NCBI GenBank assembly: GCA_964016885.1
Contig: OZ024741.1
Span: forward strand, 376,092,001-376,156,000
Length of the DNA: 64,000 nt
Direction of reading: 5' to 3'
DNA from: Eledone cirrhosa
Taxonomy: Eukaryota
Shown: positions 50,599 through 64,000 of the stretch, piece after piece
How the letters are laid out: every line of letters starts with the position of its first letter
Numbering within the stretch: position 1 is the stretch's first letter
Notes under the pieces: generated by a model
Told to the model about the DNA's origin: nothing
The model's database searches: none
The model's input: only the letters and a program-made list of their open reading frames with translations
Program-made: the position numbers and the translations under genes

Positions 50599-52940
50599 AG
50601 CATGATGCAATAATGTTTTTATTTTGCATCATCCCAATCATTTAGCTAATGAATCAAATTTTACATTGGTTCAGAACTATTCACAATTAAAAACTGAGTC
50701 GCCATATCTCGTACTTGTGTAAACAATCCGAATAATTTTTGTAACATTTCTGGCAAAATAAACTTTACTGCTCAAAGAAGAACAATTAGAAATATTGTTA
50801 GAAGTGCCTATCATGTTTATTTGGGATGCAAAGCTAGTGAACAATACATGAATTGGCCGCATATGTGTGCTTTAATACTTGAGCAATAAACATTTGCCAA
50901 TGGCTGCAAAGAAAAAGTAGAGATTGAAACTTAAAGGAGTTTTACTGTATGTAGGGCATGGGCTGCCACCATTTCCGGTTGAATTGTATGAATCTTTGAC
51001 TGTTCCTCATTTTGGTATCGTTAAGCTATTTGATGTTGGTCGCTGGGTAGTCGCATATGTTTAAGTGAGCACATTGCTCGACTCTGTTGCTTACTCCGTC
51101 GAACACTTCATGATTAACTGCTTTGTGTGAGGTTTGTAAATGGATAAGTTGTATTTATCACCCTTTGTGATAAAGGCTTGCTTTTTGTGAGATATTTTCG
51201 TTGGTGTTGGACATTTCTTTCTCATCATAGATTGTGTTTTTCTCTTGATATCATTATATCTTTTATCTGTTGGCTATTTGTGATTCTGTTGCGCAATATT
51301 TTATTGTAAGTGTCTAGGCCTATCACGAACAATTTCCATTTGTATCGGCAAATGCATTTTCTTATGGATTCATGTTTTATTTTTTTGTGCTAAATTTAGT
51401 TTGGAAGTTGTTGGTTCTCACTTTAATATCTATTCTTTTGACTACATCAAGGATGTCGTTTTCTAAACTGTTGGATGTCATGTGATTGGTTTCATGGTTT
51501 AGGATATAGATTAGTTGTTTGGTGACGTCTTTACTACTCTCTTTCACGATACTCGCTCTTTATAAACGATTTTATCAGGTGTTTTTGCTTTATAGTTACT
51601 CAAGTGACTTGCTTTTTAATGATATTCGGAACAGTCAATTTCAAGAAAATAATGGGAAATCACGCTGATACGGAAATATAGAAATAAATAGGACAAAACA
51701 AACACATTTGTGTCAACAAGACTAATGTTATGCGACATTACACATATGATCATAAACGTTGCAAGTGGTCGTACAACTGGCACACCCAGGAAACGGCTTA
51801 CGACTTTCAATGTATTCGCCGTCGCCACCCGGCAAGAGCTTCCCAAAAGAGCATTATCTAAAGGCAATTGAAGTGTAATTCAGTGAACACTTTACCAATG
51901 GCATGATGAAACACTTGACCAACCACATCCTGAAAGAAAGAAACAAAACACTATTCAAAAACCGAAAATATTTACTAAACGGCAGCTGGTAAAGAATGGA
52001 AATATGTAATGTTTTGAACGATATAAAGTATAAAATTATGAGCGTCGTGTTGTCGGGTTTATAATGAATAAACCACACGATTATAAGAACACAGACAAAC
52101 ACACATAAACATGCATATACAAACATACCCCTGTACTTACACAAACACGCACATACATTTTATGTATGTATTCATAAAAAAAGAAACAAACAAACACATA
52201 GTGTGTTACTCAATTTCATAATATCCGCTTTCGAAGTGAATATTAATAATACTCGGTCTCAGAATGACAACAACTAATTGAGTTCTACAGCTGTGTCGAT
52301 GAGCAGAGATAGAAAATAATATTTCCTTCCGTTAGGAGCTTTCAAAGCATCTCTAGAAAATATTCAATTAGCTAGACGTACAAAATAAGATTCATTGGAA
52401 AAATATGTTGCAACGACATTGGCGCCAAGCAATATCAACCTTTGCCTTTCCTATGGACAATATAAGTGTAATGGAGAGGGGAGAATTACATGAATGAGTG
52501 AATGCTGGTCTTAAAAAAATAGAATAACAAAAAAGAGTAAATAAACAGAAAAAGAAACATTCTAACCAGGCTGTTGGCTCGGTGAAGCAAATCCCTGGTC
52601 AGTCAAACATGGCAGAGGCGGAAGAACAGGTTCCTTTATGATTTTGTTATTTGTGAATACATAAATATAAATTAACTGCAGCATATAAATGAATAAATAC
52701 AATTCGTTGATTAAAAATACTAAATCACTGAGTTAGGATAGGAAGAAGAAAGAAAATGTAGTTACAATTTGATAGTCGGATAATACAACGTAAATAACAT
52801 GATAAAGTCGAATAGAATAGTGTAAAAAAAAGTGTTATACCATATTGCTTGGTCAGTTACAAACACGCCAGTATTTTGTACATTTCATATTGCACATTTA
52901 GAAATATTATACATACACACACACGCACACATACACATGT

Positions 52941-52983
<43 letters not shown>

Positions 52984-53421
52984 CAGACCCCCCGCCCCCT
53001 CCACATATATATATAATCTTAGAACATATAAAATCTCGAACTCTGTAAGTAACTGGGATCATAGTTGATTGCTAAAAATAATAGCTAAGAATAGGGTAAA
53101 ATACTTCTATAGACGAAAAAAGTGGACAGCAGCTGGCCACGTTTTCCGTTAATAACGGTAATTTACTGATTCTGTAAACGATTATTTATAACAATCAAAT
53201 GTATTTACAGAATTTCCTTAAATTCGAGATTTTTTACATTTTCTAAGCATTACATCTGACTCGACGCTCCGATTTTTATTCACACACGTACACACGCACA
53301 CATGCAAGCACACACACACACACGCGCGCACACACGCATATATATATGCATATTAAAGCATGCATTGGATCGACATTATAGATGCTGAACACTTCTCTGC
53401 TCACATATTTCTGTGCGGGCC

Positions 53422-53460
<39 letters not shown>

Positions 53461-53479
53461 TATGTATATGTGTATGTGT

Positions 53480-54440
53480 CCTCAAACACTCCTTCCAGAG
53501 GGTCCTGCTAAAGATAACATTCTCCAACTTATCCGGCAGGATCCTCAAGCGAGTCCAGCCTAGCTCATGGATGTTATCCAACAATCTTGCTCGGGGCCTA
53601 CTCCTTGGTCACCTGCCAATTGATTTTGCCCGTAAAATCTGTCACGCGATTCCTTAGTGAAACATTCAAACCACATGCCCATATTATCGGAGCTGTGATC
53701 ACTCAATTCGCTAGTGGCTCTACACGGAGTGACTCTCTGATCTCAGAGGCTACGCACTTTATTGAGTAACATTACTCCAAAAACCCTTCAGAGGAACCCC
53801 AGTTTGGTCGCTTGTATTCGGGATCGTATTCTTTCGGTCATTACTCGAGATTCATGACCATGAAACGAATACCGATTTGAAGATAGCGAGTTTGGCTTTC
53901 ACACCTACCTCCCTTTTTCTGGTTACCAAATGCTGAAGCTGGCGTATTACTGTCCCAGCTCCTGCAATTCCTGCCTTCCATCACCCGTGAACACGGCACT
54001 GAGATACTTAAATTTCTCCACCTGCTTCAGTGGAGTTCCATTCACATGTAGAGTGCACTGCGCAAGATTCCTTGAGAGGACGAATGTCTCAGTATGCGCA
54101 GCACCGATTTTCATTCCCGCACTCGGCATCAAACCTATCAAGTGCAAATCGGAGATCACCTTCCCCAGCCAGTTTTGATTTTCCCCAGCGGTGTTTCCAT
54201 GTGTGAGGTCTTCAAATGCTCTTGTGACCTCAGCCTCTAAGGGATTAGTCTCCGTTCCTAGATGCACCTCGCTTACATCAGGTGTTATTGTGTTCGGTTT
54301 TAGGAGATCAGCAAAGTATTCTCCCCACCTCGCGAGGATATATCTATCCGAAAAGAGAAGAATCACAGACGCGTTTCTGATAGAACAATTTATTTGTTGA
54401 TATGTAGTCGGATTCCAGCTTAACCTCAAAGTCCTCTCGT
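53480..54440 (-). mobile_element. RTE-type LINE fragment with an internal deletion
   Basis: ILARWGEYFADLL, TAGENQ, LKQVEKFKYL. The 3' part is colinear with 45130-45580. Confidence 0.8.
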
Positions 54441-54684
54441 CTTAACTGTCTCTGTTGAAATTCTTCGTGGCTACTTGTAACACAAGTGCAATGTTTAACT
54501 ATTTTATAATGAATATGACTCTATTAGAAGTATGAAGCCGTTTTATTAGTAGATATCTCCTATCATTTTAAATTATATACCTTTAATATTAATATATTTA
54601 TATGTATATATTTATGACGAGATATGCATACTTAATATAAATACATACACATAGACATATGTATATATATATATATATACATAT

Positions 54685-54774
<90 letters not shown>

Positions 54775-55182
54775 ATGTATATATGTGTGTGTATGTATGT
54801 ATGTGTAAGTACGTGTAGGAATGTGTATATGTATAAATCATGCTACACCCAAAAGCAATATGCTGTATGAATTGATACGAATGTGTGTAATGAACACTCA
54901 CGTCAAATTTAAAAGATAGAGGAAATAATTAAAGTAAAGAAGATCGTAAAAAATGTGAAGAAATAATGTTTTAAAATCATTTAGTGTAAAAATCGAAGAG
55001 TCATGCTGTGTTTATAATGAATAAAGCACATCTGATTATATGTATACTGAGGTAAAAGAACACCTACTCAGATATACGCACTCTTAAAGGCGCCTGCTCA
55101 TAGATAGATACATATATATATATATATACACACACACATATGTATATATATATATGTATATATGTATATATATATGTCTATC

Positions 55183-55323
<141 letters not shown>

Positions 55324-55324
55324 C

Positions 55325-55357
<33 letters not shown>

Positions 55358-55621
55358 CATACACATTAGTACATATATACATACACATTCGTACATATAC
55401 ACATTCATATGTACATTCATGCATATGTTTACATATACCTATAACAGTTTTGGTGTTTTTCAAATAATAAAAGAGAGGAAATGGGTATTCAATGCACAAG
55501 TAGATTCGAAAATCATAATTGCTGATTGAGTTGAATGAGTGGGAAGAAATAATCTCAGCAAGCACACATATATCTCACCCCTGTCTCTCTTTATACATAT
55601 ATATACATACAATCGCACGCA

Positions 55622-55697
<76 letters not shown>

Positions 55698-55812
55698 TGC
55701 ACATACATATATTTATATACATATATTTATATATATATATATGTATACACACATATATATAAATACTTATATACATATATTTATATAAATATATATACAC
55801 ACATATATATAA

Positions 55813-55897
<85 letters not shown>

Positions 55898-56238
55898 TAC
55901 CCTATTGAGTATATCACCTTTAATGGATATTGCAAGTAAATTGAATTATAGTAACTCTATACAATATAAATAATACAGGCTTGTTAATCCGGAACGAAGA
56001 ATTATATTAAAGAAACGGATATTAAAAGAATAGTAGCGACAAGAATTTGTAAATACGATTAAATAAAATTAAATTAAATATAACATCAAATGTATGTAAT
56101 CTAGATGAAAGTAAAGGTTTTTTCGATACGCACATGTATTCATACGTAAAACCATACATACGTACACACACACACACATCCCGCCCATATATGTATATAT
56201 AAGATATATAAGTATATATTTGTATATATATATATATA

Positions 56239-56305
<67 letters not shown>

Positions 56306-56433
56306 CAACATTCCGAATTTGCATTCGTTAGCTTAGCCGCAGCCTAAAGCTTCGTTAATGCTGTACTAATATATATATATATATATATATATCTATATAT
56401 ATATATGCATCTATATGTATACGTATATGTATA

Positions 56434-56505
<72 letters not shown>

Positions 56506-56510
56506 AATGT

Positions 56511-56546
<36 letters not shown>

Positions 56547-57111
56547 GTGAGTGTGTATATACGTCTATACAAACCTGTATGTATTGTACACACACACACA
56601 AACACAGGCATAATTGTATAAGTATGTGCGTGTATATATATATATATACTTGGTAATTCATGTATATATATGTATATATATATACATATATATTTCTTTA
56701 GAAAATGTAGAAATCTGTAACAGCAGTCAATTTATATCAATAACAAGATAGAAAACCGGTTAAAATACTGCTATAGTGGGAAAAAATTGCAAGCGGCATT
56801 CTATGGAAATCACTATATCTCGAATTTGGTCCGTGTTCTCTAACCATGATCTAAGGGACATATGGCAACAGATTACATCTGAATGAAATATCTATAACAC
56901 AAAGCTTGGGTGTAAACAACATTCTATACAAAGTATTGAAGCTCGTGGTAATTTGAAATACTTTCAGAAAATGTATAGCATTAGTAGGTTACTATAAATA
57001 AGAGCTTAAAAATGTGGCAAAATGCCCAAAAGGACGGTAAAAATGTCCAGCGTTTGCGATTTTTTAATTACAAAACACAAACACACACACATATATATAA
57101 CTGTCTCTCTC

Positions 57112-57151
<40 letters not shown>

Positions 57152-57471
57152 GATGCATTCATGTATATGTGTGTGTCCGCATGTGTCTGTGTGTTTCTAA
57201 ATATATTGTTCATAACTCCCTCTGGTCGAGTAATCTTTGAAGTGTAGTGACTGCTGGAAAGCTGCCATTACTCATACTTCTCGCCCCCTTTACCACCTCT
57301 TCTACGGCTTCGATATAAATACCCCCTCCGCCTCCGTGGTATTTTCTTCGAGGTTATAAGAGGCTTAGCTCTGTTTCTCGACCGTTATATCGCGTGACTA
57401 TCTCCCCCTCCGCCTTTTGGGATTCTTTCTCACGTCGTGTAGACGCGTTCTTGAAGCTATAAAATGAGGTA

Positions 57472-57561
57472 TCCTCTTGATAAGTCGGCAGACCTCGCAA
57501 AGGCTCTATATCTTTATGATGTACTGTTTTTGTTTATGCCACGAAACTACGTAGTCGAGGA
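57472..57561 (+). ncRNA. Type I hammerhead ribozyme (U3-A8)
   Basis: TCCTC-TTGATAA-GTCGGCA...TGCCAC-GAAACTACGTAGTC-GAGGA. Confidence 0.8.
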
Positions 57562-58063
57562 ATCTAGGAGCAGTTTAGGTATGATACATTTTATTACTAA
57601 TTATATCTAAATGTTCCTTCTCTCTTCATAATGTATTTTTGACTCTGATACTGGTTCAGTCTGGTTCAACCGGATTGGTCTGTCCCAGTCATTCATTGAG
57701 CAACATCGGTAGGGTTGGCACCATTGACTCACGGTTGGGTGTGGATGCATTCATGTATATGTGTGTGTCCGCATGTATCTGTGTGTTTCTAAATATATTG
57801 TTCATAACTCCCTCTGGTCGAGTAATCTTTGAAGTGTAGTTACTGCTGGAAAGCTGCCATTACTCATACTTCTCGCCCCCTTTACCACCTCTTCTACGGC
57901 TTCGATATAAATACCCCCTCCGCCTCCGTGGTATTTTCTTCGAGGTTATAAGAGGCTTAGCTCTGTTTCTCGACCGTTATATCGCGTGACTATCTCCCCC
58001 TCCGCCTTTTGGGATTCTTTCTCACGTCGTGTAGACGCGTTCTTGAAGCTATAAAATGAGGTA

Positions 58064-58153
58064 TCCTCTTGATAAGTCGGCAGACCTCCCAAAGGCTCTA
58101 TATCTTTATGATGTACTGTTTTTGTTTATGCCACGAAACTACGTAGTCGAGGA
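58064..58153 (+). ncRNA. Type I hammerhead ribozyme (U3-A8)
   Basis: Same motif, offset +592. Confidence 0.8.
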
Positions 58154-58655
58154 ATCTAGGAGCAGTTTAGGTATGATACATTTTATTACTAATTATATCT
58201 AAATGTTCCTTCTCTCTTCATAATGTATTTTTGACTCTGATACTGGTTCAGTCTGGTTCAACCGGATTGGTCTGTCCCAGTCATTCATTGAGCAACATCG
58301 GTAGGGTTGGCACCATTGACTCACGGTTGGGTGTGGATGCATTCATGTATATGTGTGTGTCCGCATGTATCTGTGTGTTTCTAAATATGTTGTTCATAAC
58401 TCCCTCTGGTCGAGTAATCTTTGAAGTGTAGTGACTGCTGGAAAGCTGCCATTACTCATACTTCTCGCCCCCTTTACCACCTCTTCTACGGCTTCGATAT
58501 AAATACCCACTCCGCCTCCGTGGTATTTTCTTCGAGGTTATAAGAGGTTTAGCTCTGTTTCTCGACCGTTATATCGCGTGACTATCTCCCCCTCCGCCTT
58601 TTGGGATTCTTTCTCACGTCGTGTAGAGGCGTTCTTGAAGCTATAAAATGAGGTA

Positions 58656-58745
58656 TCCTCTTGATAAGTCGGCAGACCTCGCAAAGGCTCTATATCTTTA
58701 TGATGTACTGTTTTTGTTTATGCCACGAAACTACGTAGTCGAGGA
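58656..58745 (+). ncRNA. Type I hammerhead ribozyme (U3-A8)
   Basis: Same motif, offset +1184. Confidence 0.8.
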
Positions 58746-58973
58746 ATCTAGGAGCAGTTTAGGTATGATACATTTTATTACTAATTATATCTAAATGTTC
58801 CTTCTCTCTTCATAATGTATTTTTGACTCTGATACTGGTTCAGTCTGGTTCAACCGGATTGGTCTGTCCCAGTCATTCATTGGGTAACATCGGTAGGGTT
58901 GGCACCATTGACTCACGGTTGGGTGTGGATGCATTCATGTATATGTGTGTGTCCGCATGTATCTGTGTGTCTC

Positions 58974-59029
<56 letters not shown>

Positions 59030-59257
59030 GAAACACACAGATACATGCGGACACACACATATACATGAATGCATCCACACCCAACCGTGAGTTAAGTGTG
59101 CCAACCTCACCGATGTTGCTCAATGAATGACTGGGACAGACCAATCCGGTTGAACTAGACTGAACCAGTATCAGAGTTAAAAATACATTATGAAGAGAGA
59201 AGAAACATTTAGATATAATTAGTAATAAAATGTATCATACCTAAACTGCTCCTAGAT

Positions 59258-59347
59258 TCCTCGACTACGTAGTTTCGTGGCATAAACAAAAACAATACAT
59301 CATAAAGATATAGAGTCCCTGCGAGGTCTGCCGACTTATCAAGAGGA
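59258..59347 (-). ncRNA. Type I hammerhead ribozyme (U3-A8), inverted unit
   Basis: Reverse complement of the same motif. Confidence 0.8.
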
Positions 59348-60053
59348 TACCTCATTTTACTAGTCTCAAGAACGCGTCTACACGACGTGAGAAAAAATCC
59401 CAAAAGGCGGAGGGGGAGATAGTCACGCGATATAACGGTCGAGAAACAGAGCTAAGCCTCTTATAACCCCGAAGAAAATACCACAGAGGCGGAGGGGTTA
59501 TTTATATCGAAGCCGTAGAAGAGGTGGTGAAGGAGGCGAGAAGTATGAGTAATGGCAGCTTTCCAGCAGCCACCACACTTCAAAGATTACTCAACCAGAG
59601 GGAGTTATTAACAATATATTTAGAAACACACAGATACATGCGGACACACACATATACATGAATGCATCCACACACAGTCATTCATTGAGCAACATCGGTG
59701 AGGTTGGCACCCTTAACTCACGGTTGGGTGTGGATGCATTCCTGTATATGTGTGTGTCCGCATGTATCTGTGTGTTTCTAAATATATTGTTAATAACTCC
59801 CTCTGGTTGAGTAATCTTTGAAGTGTGGTGACTGCTGGAAAGCTGCCATTACTCATACTTCTCGCCTCCTTCACCACCTCTTCTACGGCTTCGATATAAA
59901 TACCCCCTCCGCCTCTGTGGTATTTTCTTCGGGGTTATAAGAGGCTTAGCTCTGTTTCTCGACCGTTATATCGCGTGACTATCTCCCCCTCCGCCTTTTG
60001 GGATTCTTTCTCACGTCGTGTAGACGCGTTCTTGAGACTAGTAAAATGAGGAA

Positions 60054-60142
60054 TCCTCTTGATAAGTCGGCAGACCTCGCAGGGATTCTATATCTTTATG
60101 ATGTATTGTTTTGTTTATGCCACGAAACTACATAGTCGAGGA
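60054..60142 (+). ncRNA. Type I hammerhead ribozyme (U3-A8) with a stem III centre substitution
   Basis: GAAACTACATAGTC instead of GAAACTACGTAGTC. Confidence 0.7.
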
Positions 60143-60450
60143 ATCTAGGAGCAGTTTAGGTATGATACATTTTATTACTAATTATATCTAAATGTTTCTT
60201 CTCTCTTCATAATGTATATATATATATATATATATTTCGTTTCTGAATTTGTTTAGCAAGATACTTTATCTGAAAACGAGTGTTGAAACGGATATTGTTA
60301 TGCTTTGGGAGGGTCACAGAATGTGTGACGAAAGAACCTTGACAACCGGAAATTTATAAATTTAATTTATAATAAATTGAAGTGAAAGCAACTGGTGCGT
60401 GTGTTTCTTATTGGCAACATGGCCCTCCCAAAGCATAACAATATATATAT

Positions 60451-62712
<2,262 letters not shown>

Positions 62713-62868
62713 ATATAACTGTTCTGTAGAATAACTGATGTTATTACATTGAGCTATTTATCTTACTGGTAATAAGGTAGTAATAAATTACAGACCTTCA
62801 CTGTTTAGGGTTTAAAATATATATAACTATAACAAGTTTTAGTATATACATAACCATAAATAGTATCC

Positions 62869-62941
<73 letters not shown>

Positions 62942-62946
<5 letters not shown>

Positions 62947-63050
62947 ATAATAATAAAGTTGAAGACTAAAATCCAAAGAGGGCTCGATAAGGATAAATAT
63001 ATATCAAATATATAAGAACCGTAGAGCAAATATTTATTAAAATAACAGAT
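62942..63050 (-). repeat. Recurrent (TA)n-abutting terminal sequence (family D)
   Basis: GACTAAAATCCAAAGAGGGCTCGATAAGGATAA also occurs at about 17610, 35737 and 36461. Confidence 0.8.
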
Positions 63051-64000
63051 TAAAGTTTAAGCAAAGAATCGCTGCTAACGGAATCTTCTGAAACTAACAA
63101 AGTCAATCTGTAAACGCAGAACTGGATATTTCAAAAAACGTTGCAACCGGAGGAAGACAGGAAGACGATACTTTGGTTCGTGGAAACGTTCGCTGACAAA
63201 GAACGGGGAAAAACGAATAATACGTCATTAATAGAAGCGGTGAAAAACAATTACGCGCAAAGACAGAACCACGTTTATGGTATAAAAGAGGTCGTAGACT
63301 AATGTTCTCTTAGGTGGTGCATAGAGACGTTCTCTGGCAATGAACGAAAAAACGAAGGTAATACGTCATATGTGGAGCGTGGAGAACAATAGCACGCAAA
63401 GACAAAACCACGTAAATGGTATAGCAGAAGTCGTAGACTAAAATTCTAACTAGGAGACCAAATGAATCTCCGCTACAGAGTTAAAAACAAGTAAATAAGT
63501 ACAATACAGAAGTAATAGAAATAAATAAATACATACACGCAAACAAATACATACATACACAAGCATACGCAAAACCTTACCATAGGTATACAAAACCACG
63601 CACATATAAATATGTTTGTGTGTGTATGCGTGTATACAAATAAATAAATAATTATATAAACGTATATAAATAAATAAATACGTATATAACAAGCGCACAC
63701 ACATACCTACATATAAATACACGAATGTTCGGAGACGTAGGTCAACTAAAACAAGAAGTACACAATACACACACCCACCATACGTACGAACCCGCATACT
63801 CACACAGACGCAAAACTCCCGTATACACATAGCCAAACCCTATGTACCAGAATATATAAAATTATACGCCAAAACAATCAAATATACGTACGAGAAGGTA
63901 TACGTACCTTCACAAAACAAACGGGTAATACATACTTACCTATGCAAATAAGTAAAGGAATAAACAAAACATATACTTTGCTCCCACATCAGGACGTAAA

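Larger units (their letters stand above)
57149..60217. mobile_element. Array of the 592-bp hammerhead-containing repeat (candidate retrozyme), locus 2
   Basis: Three forward units (57149-58980, period 592), then (TA)n, one inverted unit (about 59021-59673) and one near-complete forward unit (59675-60217). (TA)n at both outer ends. Confidence 0.9.

Noticed and set aside
50880-51600. Possible LINE remnant
   Set aside because: Strand-skewed composition but no recognisable motif.
57639-59068. Repeated 66-81-aa ORFs in the 592-bp unit
   Set aside because: Non-ATG starts, low-complexity content, and not preserved in the 16.5-kb copies.

Overview
This is an AT-rich, extremely repeat-dense animal genomic window. 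It is probably a coleoid cephalopod (Octopus-like), inferred from the SINE families and microsatellite load; the taxon is not proven. Most ORFs in the track are artefacts of satellites and microsatellites. Supported content: (1) a 28-bp satellite (1-2722) fused to the 3' UTR of a Tx1/L1-type LINE fragment; (2) a near full-length decayed Tx1/L1 LINE (26.6-32.0 kb); (3) several RTE-type and R4/Dong-type LINE fragments; (4) Penelope-like elements (PLEs), one with RT, GIY-YIG and a hammerhead motif; (5) two tRNA-derived SINE families; (6) many foldback palindromes sitting in (TA)n tracts. The most notable element is a non-coding ~591-592-bp tandem repeat at two loci (16.5-17.6 kb and 57.1-60.2 kb). 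It carries seven copies of a type I hammerhead ribozyme with a U3-A8 compensatory core and a palindromic stem III, making it a candidate retrozyme / non-autonomous PLE that targets (TA)n. A tentative three-exon minus-strand host gene encoding a 110-aa protein ending in CCKL is also proposed. All calls were made by eye; no database searches or folding programs were run.
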